Shown: piece by piece, positions 1-11,259 of the stretch | How positions within the stretch are numbered: position 1 is the first letter of the stretch | How the letters are laid out: the number at the start of each line of letters is the position of its first letter | NCBI GenBank assembly: GCA_052327205.1 | Contig: JBMRGM010000035.1 | Span: 100,564,001 to 100,628,000, forward strand | Length of the DNA: 64,000 bases | Direction of reading: 5' to 3' | Origin: Somniosus microcephalus | Lineage: Eukaryota | Position numbers and translations under genes: made by a program | The notes under the pieces: model-generated | What the model was told of the DNA's origin: nothing | The model's database searches: none | The model's input: the letters and a program-made list of their open reading frames with translations, nothing else

Positions 1-384
1 GAGGTGTACAAAATTATGAGGGGCATAAATAGGATGGATACTAAGGAGCTTTTTCCCTTAGTAGAAGGGTCAATAACTAGGGGGCACAGATTCAAGGTAA
101 AGGGCGGGAGGTTTAGAGGGGATTTGAGAAAGAATTTTTTCACCCAGAGGGTGGTTGGAGTCTGGAACTCACTGCCCGGAAGGGTTGTGGAGGCTGGAAC
201 CCTCACAACATTCAAGACGCATTTGGATGAGCACTTGAAATGCCATAGCATACAAGGCTACGGACCAAATGTTGGAATATGGGATTAGATTAGACAGGGC
301 GTGATGGCCGGCGCGGACATGATGGGCCGAAGGGCCTCTATCCGTGCTGTATAACTCTATGACTCTATGACTCTATGATTCTAT
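1..384 (+). mobile_element. CR1 LINE 3' end (ORF2 C-terminus, 3' UTR, microsatellite tail)
   Basis: ORF 4..288 carries the CR1 ORF2 C-terminal motifs (TRGH..K, FFTQRVV..WNSLP). It ends in an (ACTCTATG)n tail at ~353-384 that abuts the endonuclease region of a minus-strand CR1. Confidence 0.92.
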
Positions 385-2680
385 TACATAATACCCTGTC
401 TAAGATGACCTGATCTCTGGTTGGTTCCTGGACATATTGGTGCAAGAAACCATCCCGTATACACTCCAGGAATGCCTCCTCCACAGTATTATTACTAATT
501 TAGTTAGCCCAATCTATATGTAGATTAAAGTCACCAATGATAACTGCTGTGCCCTTATTGCATGCTTCTCTAATTTCCCTTTTAATGCCATCCCCAACCT
601 CCGCATTACTGTTTGGAGGTTTATACACCACTCCCACTAACGTTTTCTGCCCCTTGGTATTTTTCAGTTCTACCCATACAGATTCCACATCATCAGAGCT
701 AATGTCCTTCCTTACAATTGTGTTAATGCCCTCTATAACCAGCAATGCTACCCCACCTCCTTTTCGTTTTTGCCTATCTTTCCTGAATATTGAATACCCC
801 TGGATGTTGAGGTCCCAGCCTTGGCCACCCTGGAGCCATTTCTCTGTAATCCCAATCATATCATATCCATTTACCTCTATTTGTTCCACTAATTCATCCA
901 CCTTATTACAAATGCTCCTCGCATTAAGACACAAAGCCTTCAGGCTTGTTTTTTTAATGCTCTTACAACTTTTAGAATTATTATTTACTGTGGCCATGTT
1001 TGATTTAAATCCTTGATTTCTCTGACTGCCATGTTTGCTTTTATCCTTTCTGTCTTTTGCTTCTATCCGTGTTTTCCTTTCCTCTGTCTCCCTGCACACG
1101 TTCCCAACCCCCTGCCATTTTAGTTTAAACCCCCCCCCCCCACAGCACTAGCAAACACTCCCCCTAGGGCCTCGGCCGAGATTCTGCCCAGGTGTAAACC
1201 GTCCGTTTTCTACTGGTCCCACCTCCCCCAGAACCAGTTCCAATGTCCCAGGAATTTGAATCTCTCCCCCTTGCACCATTCCTCTAGCCACGTATTCATC
1301 TGAAATATCCTTCTATTTCTATTCTGACTAGCACGTGGCACTGGTAGCAATCCTGAGATTACTACCTTTGAGGTCCTATTTTTAAATTTATCTCCTAACT
1401 CCCTATATTCAGCTTTTAGGACCTCATCCCGTTTTTTTACATATCTCGTTGGTACCTATATGCACCATGACAACTGGCTGTTCACCCTCCCCTCCCAAAA
1501 TGCTCTGTAGCCGTTCCTAGACATCATTGACCCTTGCACCAGAGAATCAACATACCATCCTGGAGTCTCGTTTGCGGCCGCAGAAAGACCTATCGATTCC
1601 CCTTACAATAGAATTCCCTATCACTATAGCTCTCCCAATCTTTTTCCTCCCATCCTGTGCACCACCCACGGTGCCAGGAAGTTGGCTTCTGCTGCCTTCC
1701 TCTGATAAGCCGTCTCCCTCACCGATATCCAAAGTGGTGTATCTGCTTAAAAGGGGGATGGCCACAGGAGACCCCTGCACTACCTGCCTGCGCCTACTAC
1801 TCTGCCTGCTCGTCACCCATTCTCTTCCTGCCTGTGCATCCTTTACCTGCGGTGTGACCAACTCCCTAAATGTGCTACCCATGTCGTCCTCAGCATCGTG
1901 AATGCTCCAGAATGCATCCATTCGCAGCTCCAGCACCACAATGCAGTAAGCCAGTAGCTGCAGCTGGATACACTTCCCGCGCACAAGGTCATCAGGGACA
2001 CAGCATGTGTCCCTGATTTCCCACATAGTGCAGGAGGTGCATACAACAGCACCAAGCTGTACTGCCAGTATTTAATCTTTAATTAAATCAAATTAAATTA
2101 AATCAAATCAATCCCACCAATTACAGTACAATTAAATGATATAATCAAGGGCCCTTGTTTAACAGCAGTCCCTGCTACACAACAGAGACCCTAGAAACTA
2201 TAAACCACAAAACTTATGTTTGGAAAAAACGAGAAAGAGAGAAATACTCACCAAGCAATCACATACCTGCTTTCTGGGGACGTCACACTTCGATTACTTT
2301 TTCTTGTCTCTCACTTTCTCAGAGCTCTGAGATTGTTAAGCCTACCTGTGCCTCGAGCTCTGCATTTATCGCGGCGCCACCTCGCCACTCCTCTCAGGTC
2401 CGCACTGCCTCTGCTGCTGCTGTGGGGCCTACCTGCGCTTCAGGCTCACCTTTTATTACCGCTGCCACTACTCCCAGGTCCGTACTGCTGCTGAAGCTGC
2501 TGTGGGGCCTACCTGCGCCTCGGGCTCGCCTTTTATCGCCACCGCTGCTCCTCCCAGGTCCGTACTGACGCTGCTGCTGCTGTGGGGCCAAACTGCACCT
2601 TGGGCTCACCTTTCTCAATGCCGCCGCTCCTCCCAGGACCACACTGCCGCTGCTGCTGCTTTTTGTTTTTTGTTTCTCGA
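385..2680 (-). mobile_element. CR1 LINE 5' half (5' UTR, ORF1, ORF2 APE endonuclease), interrupted by the CR1 at 1-384
   Basis: ORF 500..1099 has APE motifs LNARS, GITE, GGGV, VYKPPN, IGDFN. ORF 1547..2026 has a Cys-rich N-terminus and the esterase start (IVIGNS). Homologous to the CR1 at 47.7-51.9 kb. The 5' boundary is approximate. Confidence 0.88.
2340..2660. repeat. ~80-bp tandem repeat (about 4 copies) in the putative CR1 5' UTR
   Basis: Recurring CTCCCAGGTCCGTACTG...GCTGCTGTGGGGCCTACCTGCGC...GGCTCACCTTT units. Confidence 0.75.
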
Positions 2681-2799
2681 TAATTAAATTTCATAGCTCC
2701 TCTCATTCGTTATTAGAATTCATGTGATATGTGTGATATGTGTGATATGTTTATAGATAAATTTATTAATTGTGTTTGCCATATTTTGCTATGTCTCTC

Positions 2800-4449
2800 A
2801 TTTCACTGTCTAGCCCAGGAGGATGCAGTGATATGGCGGGTGACAGGGATGTGATGAGCTGCGGGAATCTGGAGTTTCATTCATGTGAATCAGTGTCTGC
2901 TGATCCTGTCATGGACAACCCGTCTGGATGGCCGATAGTCTCTCTGCCTCCACCGTACCTCCTGTTCCTCCTCCTCCTCACCCTCGTCCTCCTCCTCCTC
3001 ATACTCTTCCTCCTCGTCCTCCTCCTCATGCTCATCCTCCTCTGCCTCGTCATCCTCCTGACGTGGTCACACAATCACTGCTGGTTGTCGAGCATGCAGC
3101 AGACAAACAGGAAATTGGACATCCATGCCCGCGAGCACTGGAGGGCTCCGACTGAGCGATTACGGCAGCAGGAACGTTGCTTCAGTTGTCCGATGGTCTG
3201 ATCGATGATGTTCCTGGTGGCAGCTGTACACGAGCGATGGGTTTGTGGAGGGGAGACATGAGCCAGGTGAAAAGCAGATAGCCTTTGTCACCGAGCAGCC
3301 AGCCCCGAGCTTGTCCTGGTGGCTGATCGGTTGCAGGCACAGGATGAAGGCCTCATGGCTGGTGCTGGGATAGCGGGCATTGACGTTCAGGTTTTGCAGT
3401 GCGTGGTCACACACCAACTGCATATTAAGTGAGTGGTAGCCTTTGTATTTACAGTTGATCTCAGGATTATGCATTGGTCAAAAATCCACCTGGGTGTCGT
3501 CAATGGTGCCCTACACCAGGGGGAAGCCCGCTATCCTGGCAAAGCCACATGCATGCTCGTCCTGCTTCTGTCTGGTGATTGGGAAGCCAATGCAGTCCTT
3601 TCTCCCGCTGCAGACTGGAAGTATCCGCTGGCGAAGATATTGAGTGCCACGGTGACCTTGACCACTGGGAGAGCCGTGGTCACCCTGACCTGAGGCGCGA
3701 GGTCAGGTTGCAGGAGGTGGCTGAGTTCTACGACCAGCTCTTTGGTGTGGCGGAACCTCCTAACACACGTTGCTTATTTGAAGGTAGGAGGTGTGCTGTC
3801 AGAAGACCGTAGGAGGGGAAGGCCTCCTGTTGATAGCCCAGATGGACCTCCTCCTCCCTCTGCACACATGATTGCATCTTTCTCACTGCCTTTGTTCCCA
3901 TCGCTGTAGATTCTGGAGGGTGACGTCGACTGCCATTGAGCCCCATGAATTTTCGCAAGTGTTGTAGTTTGAAGTGTTTCCAAATATTGAGGGAGTTTTG
4001 CACTCGCCAGAAGACTCCCTGACACCAAGTAACATTGCAATAATTATTGAAAGCTTTTGCAGTAGCAGGGATTAGCACACAGCCACTCAAACTGCAAAAC
4101 ACTGTCAGTTGAGAGTGAGTGGTTATGATCCCTTTAAATAGCATCGCTGGAGCCGGCTTCCTGCTGCTGCACAACACCTCAACCTGTCATTGCTTTCTCC
4201 AGTCGGTAAGTTCAATGCCCAAAACCAAGTTGGGAAATCTGGCGTCAAGTGAGCGTTGCACACTCAGTGACTTCATGGTCTTTATGATTGTGATGTCCCT
4301 TTCAACAGAGTTTTCCAACAGTGCTACCCGCGAGACGGATGTAGCATGCCATGCTGGAACTGCCATCAGCTGGTGGTAGAGCTCTGAATGGCATTTTAGC
4401 ACCATCTCTTTGCGCTAACGTGTGGGTCTAAACACACGAATTTCTCCCC
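2800..4449 (-). mobile_element. Decayed PIF/Harbinger transposon with transposase pseudogene
   Basis: Minus-strand fragments such as KGYHSLNMQLVCDH..VNARYPSTSHEAFIL (3160..3474) match the intact transposase at 26093. Acidic tail encoded at ~2960-3060. TIR-like GAATTTCTCCCC at 4438-4449. The other end was not found. Confidence 0.8.
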
Positions 4450-4931
4450 TCTATAACCTACTGATGACTGTTACGATCCTCCTCATTTTTCACGATGGCG
4501 CTGAAATTGCAATTGTAGAATTCCCACGGAGGTAGCCTCCGACTAGCAAAAAAGATATGCACATACCTGCAGTTTATGTGCCCAGGGAGAGTTACGCTTT
4601 CATCGTGAGGAAGCCTGGGCAGCTTATGATGTGGGCGGAAACTGCAGCTTCATTCGTAGGGGCGTCCCGCCCACAAGTCCTGTCAAAATTTATATTTGCT
4701 AAAGCCATGCCCCCGATTGTTTTTTTTACTTCTCCAGAGCCTTCACCATTGCAAGCTGTTAATCTTAATGGTAAGTTATTTCTTAATAGTTTTTTAAAAT
4801 TTATAATCTTTTAAATTGGTTTGCAGAATTTTAAATAGTTTTTAAGGCTTTGAAAGTGATTTAAAGCAATTTAAAGAGTTTTAATACCTTTGTAATAATT
4901 TTCATTACTTTTAATTAAACAGCAAAGTGAA

Positions 4932-6411
4932 ATGGAAGGACCTAGGATACTTGTGCTGATGAATAGAGCTCAGAATTTCACTGACGATGTCATCAGCAAA
5001 CTCCTCAATGAGGTTTAGGTGAAGCACCTGCGGATCATTGGGAGCGAGAAGTCCAGAGCGCCGTGCAAAGGACAAATGACAGCATGGACAGAAGTTGCCC
5101 ATGCTCTTAGCGCGAACTCTACCATTTCATGGCCAGCCGAACAATGCCGCAGTCAATTGAATGATTTGATTCAATCTACTGAGGTTTGTACAGATATTAG
5201 CAAAGTAAAATGTAAAATTTGTTAACTGTACTATTTTAAAACATGATTAGTTGCATAGCTCTTTTAAAGTGACTTCCTTATCCAGGCACCTGAGCTAGTC
5301 GTAAAAGGTTATGGCTTTGGTACAAGTCAGGGTCATCCCTTGTGCACTTAAAAATCGTTTCTGTACTCCACAGATTTGAGGTGTGAAATTTCAATTAGTG
5401 AACAACACTCTTTCTCCAAAGCAGCATCTGGTGCTATTTCCAAAACAAGTGTTCGGGTGGGCTCTGTAGGAAAAAATGAAGTTTCTTTTTTATTGCTGTT
5501 TTTAATGCAGCGTTAAATGGTACACAACGCCAGAGAGTGTGACATAACATGCGGTGGTGTTGCCACTCTTTTGGCATTATTGGAGCAAGAGGAAAGGGTC
5601 ACGCACTTGCTTGGAATCAGTCGTGGCTGTTCAGTGTCTGGTGCACAATCAGACATTGGGGTAAGGAGAGGTGAGTTGGTCTGTCCAGCTCTATATTTAA
5701 AACTGTTAGGTGTGCGTTGAATATCAACTTCTGTAATGTGGCTGATCGTGATTTGCCTTTGTAACTGTATTCTGTTTCCTTCCCACAGATGGACAGCTGT
5801 CTTCTCACACATGGGATGAACAATGTGTTGAGTCTGCGGTTGCAGAGGTCACAGGGGTTACAGATGCAGTCCGAGCAACAGGTAAGGCGCAGGAGGAGGA
5901 ATTTGTGGAGTATCAGCTAGTGGAAAGGGCGTTTATGGACTATGAGTGGCATAACACCACCTCACCATCTCCTGGCCCCACTGGTTCTGTGCTAGGCACA
6001 GATGACTGTCGTTCCACAGTCAGACACCAACCTGATGCAGCAGAGCAGTTGGGAGAAGCAGCAAGATGTTTAAAGCAACAAAATGCCATAGAAACTCAGG
6101 TGCAACATGTTGAAGGGTTGAGGCAAGATATGGTTACTCTTGATGCATGGAAACATGACTCTCTTGCCTCTATTAGACAGGCAATTGATATAATGGGCAG
6201 CAATATATGCCGTAAGTTGGACATAGTTGGAAAAGAACTCGCCAATGTTACTTTGGCGCTTAATCAGATGAACGAGTCTCTCATTCAACTATTACATTTA
6301 AAGACATCAGGTTCTGCTGCCATTATTTTGACTCCCGCAGAACCCCCCTTAACTGCTTCCAGCACAGACACTGTGCAGGCCCAAAATACAGCAGCTCCGC
6401 CAATTATGTAG
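4932..6411 (+). pseudogene. Harbinger Myb/SANT-like DNA-binding protein, 3 exons (~4932-5183, 5511-5660, 5789-6411), disrupted
   Basis: RAQNFTDD..L..V(stop)...AWTEVA..LSA....W.AEQCR..LNDL is Myb/SANT-like. Exon 2 (HNARE..TCGG....L.EQEERV..LLG) is homologous to exon 2 of the elements at 14.6 and 25.5 kb. GT/AG boundaries are present. Confidence 0.7.
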
Positions 6412-7076
6412 GAAGCAAATTTTGCCTTTCAGCAGCAGCAGCAGCAGCCCTATCACGAGCCAGCTGCTGCAGGGCAAGAGATGATACACAGGGGCATTTC
6501 ACTTGGCATGAGAGGGCACCAGTCACGGGGAAGGGGAATGCGCAGGAGACAGTAGGGTACTGCCTTTAGCACAATTCATCTCCTTCGACCCTCAGGCACA
6601 GATACGAGGGGGCATATCTGTCAATTCTTTAATGTTTGCTGTTATTTAAATGTTGGTGTTGTGTTATTCTTGAAATTTATAATTTTGACTGATAGTGCAT
6701 TTAACCAATTCGTTTCTTATGTATTGCCTGAAGTCAGTTTTAAAACATTTCAACTTTTTTCATTAACAACCAATTGAACAGTACAACTGTTTTTAAAGGA
6801 GAAAATAGCCAATTTACATCTTGAATGTCTTTATTGCACTAACAAACCCAAAAAAGTCATTTTATACTTTTAGCATTTCTTTATCAACCAATTCATCATT
6901 TGCAAAAGTTTACGAAGTAGAAAATTGCCAGCTAACAATTTGTAGTTAAAGAGTAAGAACATCAAAATAGTACATCAAAAGTCTTTGATGCTGCAATAAA
7001 AGTTCACTGCTTCACTTCAATTTGAGTGTGTTTTTACAGTGCGTTGCTGGGGAAGAGGAGATATAAGGCAACACTA

Positions 7077-7375
7077 TCACCACCTCATGAACGTGTTGGC
7101 TACTAACTGTTCCCTGGCAGCTTTGTTTTCGGCGGCACTTGGCTCATCCCCATCAGGCCTGGCCACAGACACATTGGCATCATGCATGTCCACCATTCCA
7201 GCAGGGAGCTTGTCTGCAGGTTTAAGGGTCAGTCCTTCCCACAGGGCATGTTTATGCAAAGCGTAACAGGCCACCACAATCTTTGACACTTTCAGAGGAG
7301 AGTACAGCAAAGTCCCCCATGACCTGTCCAGGCACCGGAAACTTGATTTCAGAACCCCGATTATCCTCTCAGGCC
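7077..7375 (-). pseudogene. Harbinger transposase C-terminal remnant
   Basis: ERIIGVLKSSFRCLDRSWGTLLYSP.KVSKIVVACYALH matches the catalytic-E region of Harbinger transposases. Confidence 0.8.
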
Positions 7376-10044
7376 TCCTGCCCAGGTGATGGTGATGGTT
7401 CCCCAGTCTTCTTTGTTGTTCCCTGCTGTTTTCAATTCTATTTTCCAGAATCACACCGAGGATTCGGGCAACATCGTCAAGAGGCATGTTTCTCCCTCAC
7501 AGGCTTCCTCTTTAAACAGATGAAGTATATGTAGGGAAAAAAATGGAAAGTGTTGTAAAAGTCATATTAATAAAGTGAGTAGGTGGAAATTCAAGTCGGG
7601 CTGTGCTGAGAAACAGGTGGTATCGGATCGGTCATGCATCATACCTGCCTGATGAATATCACCGCCTGAGATGAATTTCTAAGAACATTAACATTTTCAC
7701 AAAGTCATACATAGCATTTTTAAACAGCGTAAAAAAAAGTTAACATTTAAATAATTCATATATTCAGGTATAATTATTTTAATATTAGTAAACGTGAAAT
7801 AATTCATTTTTAAAGTCATTTTCAAATTTAAAATTAAATGAAATCTAATTAAATAGAATGATTACCTTTCCCACAGCGAGAGGTCCTCTTTAAGTTATCT
7901 ACACTCCTCAAAACAAGATCCAAAACCAATTAAATATTTAATGAAAGTAAAGTTGTTAAAAACTTACATCAGGCTTTGTGCCAATAACTTTGTACAGTTT
8001 CACCGCTAAAACTGTCCCGTTTCCCAGCCCCCTGCTTTCCAGGTCTTCTTCCTGCTGCTTCTTCAGATAGAATGTAGGCTGCATGCCTGATTTTATCTGT
8101 CTCAGCTCTTTCATACGTAGCTGGAATTCAGTAGATGACAAATTCTCGCACATCTGTGCCGGCAGTACTACTTCTCCTGCACATGCGGATGATCTGTCAA
8201 ATTATTCTTGACAGATTGCAAGTGCCTGGTTTCTGCGCATGAGCTTCACATTCCCAAACCCGGGACTGGCACGATCCCTACAAGTGTGTGGGCACCTCGT
8301 ACGCACAAGTGGGGGTCGCAAAATATGGGCCAATGTCTCTGATGAGCAGAGCATTTAACAGTAAACTCAAAACCAATGGAACCTTTAGGGTTAAAATAGT
8401 TTCTATCACAAAACTCTACCTATACACTTAAGCTAGAAAAGCTTTATATTATATAGCAAGAACATGATACTTTCTCAATTATTTCAGAAAGTTCATATAC
8501 AAAGTATATTGCAATATTTTTTGAAACGCTCATGGAACAGACTGCTGCTATAACCACAGCTGCATTGTCTTCAGTTGTTTGCAACTTTGGCAGCAAATGG
8601 TCCAAACCGGTCAAAGGTGAAAGTGACAGTTAACTAGACAGAAAATCTGACATTAGTAAAAATTAGGACGGGATTGAGACAGCAAATGGGAGCATAATTC
8701 AAGAAGAAATATGGACGATAAGCAACTTCAATCCCATATACTACTACATCAGATATCAGGACCAGTAGAACCATCACAGCCAGGTAACGCATGCTGCATT
8801 TGGAGAGGCCGTAACCTCCACGGGAGAGAATCACAATTGTAACTAAATTATCTGCAAAAACGATGCAATGACTTTACTAACTCTCCTCATGTTGAGAGGA
8901 TGATCAATCGACAGTTATTTCTATGAAAATTCCTGCACACTTTATCTTGTCCCTCCAAAGCCTCTGTCGCTAATTGTAACCGTAATTGCAGGGTGGGAAT
9001 CCCGCAGAATCACAGGAACACTGGTTTTACACCACATCCAATATTACTCTCCAGTAGATTCAGTGAGTCGTGTCTCAACTATTTAAACCAATATGTATTA
9101 CAGGCTGCCTTTTAACCCAGAACACATTTAAGAAATTATTTCCAATTTATCATTTGCTTGCTCAGGGTTTGATGTGTGAAGCAGAATTTTCCTGCGTTCA
9201 GTTTGCCAGAATAACAATAATTAAAATAAAGATCTGCCCACAAGTTGAGTAAAATCACTTATTTTTTTATGTATTTACTGCCTTGTCTTACTAAAGTGGA
9301 AGAAAGCAGAAGCGGCAGAGTTTATCTCCAGCGATACTTTACTGGGTAGAATTTCGGAGGTTGGAGGTTCTACTGACCCACGGCCGTAACTTGGGCCATT
9401 CAGGCCGTCTCTCCCAGCAGATCTCGGCAACTCTTCCTAATGGATAGTTTCTGGTTTTCTGTAATAATGACCAACCAGAAGAAAGCTGCGATGCTAATAT
9501 TTGGATCTGACTGAAAATTGCAAGACTTTCTACAAATGAGACAAAATCCACAGAAACTGTTTAATTTAAAACTTCAGAACAAATTGTGCTGCCCATTCAG
9601 TTATTACATGGAGAATATGTCGGAAACTGAGTTTTCTAATTGTTATTTATTTGCTTGCGGTAATGAATGTCTGCACATCAACCACATCACAACAAGCAGC
9701 TAATATTATTACACCAACAACAGGAGCAGTGAGACAGTCAAATACTGCTAAATGTCAATATTAAGTGATTATAAGCGGCATACCCCGAACACCAACTTTG
9801 TCAAGAATATGGCAGTATCTTTCTATCTGTATGATTATTACCGACGGTCCAATTTTCGGAGAGAAACGACGCTCTCTGTCAGTGCTAAGGACACACAGAT
9901 TTTCTGCTTTCAAAATGAGGATACATTAAGAGTTGAAAGAAACCCCATGTGACAAAAGTGGTTGCAGAATTGGCAACAGTTAAAGTAATTTGCACAAACA
10001 GATTAAGCCGAGCCATGTTTGCTCCTACTGATCAGGGAGCAGAC

Positions 10045-10527
10045 AATAGGTGTGTATTACAAATGTGACCCAGTCAGTTGGGTCTTCTAATAATTCAAAT
10101 CCAGGCAATGGGTGTTTATGACATTTCACGCCAAGTCAGTGGGGCCTACGGATAATTCAGACATAGACAGTGGGTGTTTATCTTAATTCAGACCAAGGCA
10201 GCGGGTGTTTATGTTAATTCAAAACCAGCCAATGATTGTTTAAGATAATACAGACCCAGGCAATGTGTTTTTCCCCATAATTCAAACACAGACACTAGGT
10301 TCTTCTGATAATTCAGAGCCTAACAGCGGGCCCTTCTGATTGGTCAGACCCAGACAGTGAGACCTATTGATATTTGACGCCCAGACAATCGGTGTATCTT
10401 ATAATTCAGTTCCAGACAAGCATTGCTTCTGATAATTCAGACCGAGACAGGGGGTGTTTCTGAAAATTCAGTCCCTGAAAGTCATTGCTCCTGATATTCA
10501 GATATAGGCAGTTGTTTCTGATAATTC
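10045..10527 (+). repeat. 31-bp satellite, left edge of the array (diverged monomers)
   Basis: TCTGATAATTCAGACCCAGACAGTGGGTGTT-like units. Confidence 0.88.
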
Positions 10528-11183
10528 AACTCAATTCAATTCAATTTCAATTCAATTTCAATGTTATTTGCCATATTTAACTAGTACAATGGAATGCTTA
10601 CACCCCGATCACTCCCACAATAAGCTGTGGGAGCTCACAGAGACATTGCTATTCTCCAGCGCCATTTTCAGAAAAAGTCAATTCAATTGCATCCAATGGC
10701 AGTGGGAACGCAATGTTCCTCAGCCGCTCCGTCACCGCGGCCTCCTCCTCACTGTTGCTGGCTCCACGATGTAGTGGCCTGCTTCACCCGCTCATGGTCC
10801 GGCCTCTGGCCACCATTTCCGGCTCTCCCTGACTCGCCAAACACATCGTCGAGATGTATAAGCTCTGGTCACTGCGGCCTCCTCCTCACTGTCACTGGCT
10901 CCACGGTCCGCTGGCCCGGGGCCTGCTTCTCCCAAACATGGTCCGGCCTCTGGCCGCCATGCCCAGCTCCCCTCCTCCCAGTCGGAACGCGAGCTTCCCG
11001 CCGAGGTGCTGCCAGCTGACGTGCTGTAGCGGGTCAACGTGGCTGCTGCTGCTGCTTGTTGCTGCTGCGCTGCCTCCGCCCGACTCGCCGAACACATCGC
11101 TCTGGCAGTGGGAGTGGGTGGCGGGGAGCGTGCCATCCGAAGCAGGGAGAGCGCTAACCTCCAAACCACCTCGGTCGCCATCT
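10528..11183 (-). mobile_element. Short non-autonomous retroelement (SINE-like or internally deleted LINE) inserted in the satellite
   Basis: On the minus strand it begins AGATGGCG and ends in a (TTGAA)n tail (plus 10525-10562). GC-rich body with internal duplications. Satellite resumes on both sides. Confidence 0.6.
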
Positions 11184-11259
11184 AAGCCAAACAGTGGGTT
11201 TTTCTGTTAATTCAGACCCACATAGTGGGTTTTTCTGATAATTCAGACACAGACAGTGG
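11184..11259 (+). repeat. 31-bp satellite (about 2.5 monomers)
   Basis: Direct match to the monomer consensus. Confidence 0.85.

Larger units (their letters stand above)
4497..8331. mobile_element. Old, internally deleted Harbinger element (Myb/SANT gene on +, transposase remnant on -)
   Basis: TIR-like GGCGCTGAAATTGC at 4497 and GCAAAATATGGGCC ending 8331 (weak match, flanks GAT/AAT). Contains convergent Myb and transposase remnants. Boundaries uncertain. Confidence 0.55.

Noticed and set aside
2770-3201. Poly-Leu 'membrane protein' and poly-Arg ORFs
   Set aside because: Alternative readings of the (GAG)n acidic tail of the minus-strand transposase.
7578-7690. Possible ~100-bp mini-element (GGTGGAAATTC ... 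GAATTTCTAAG)
   Set aside because: End match is short, no TSD is visible and there is no second copy in the window.
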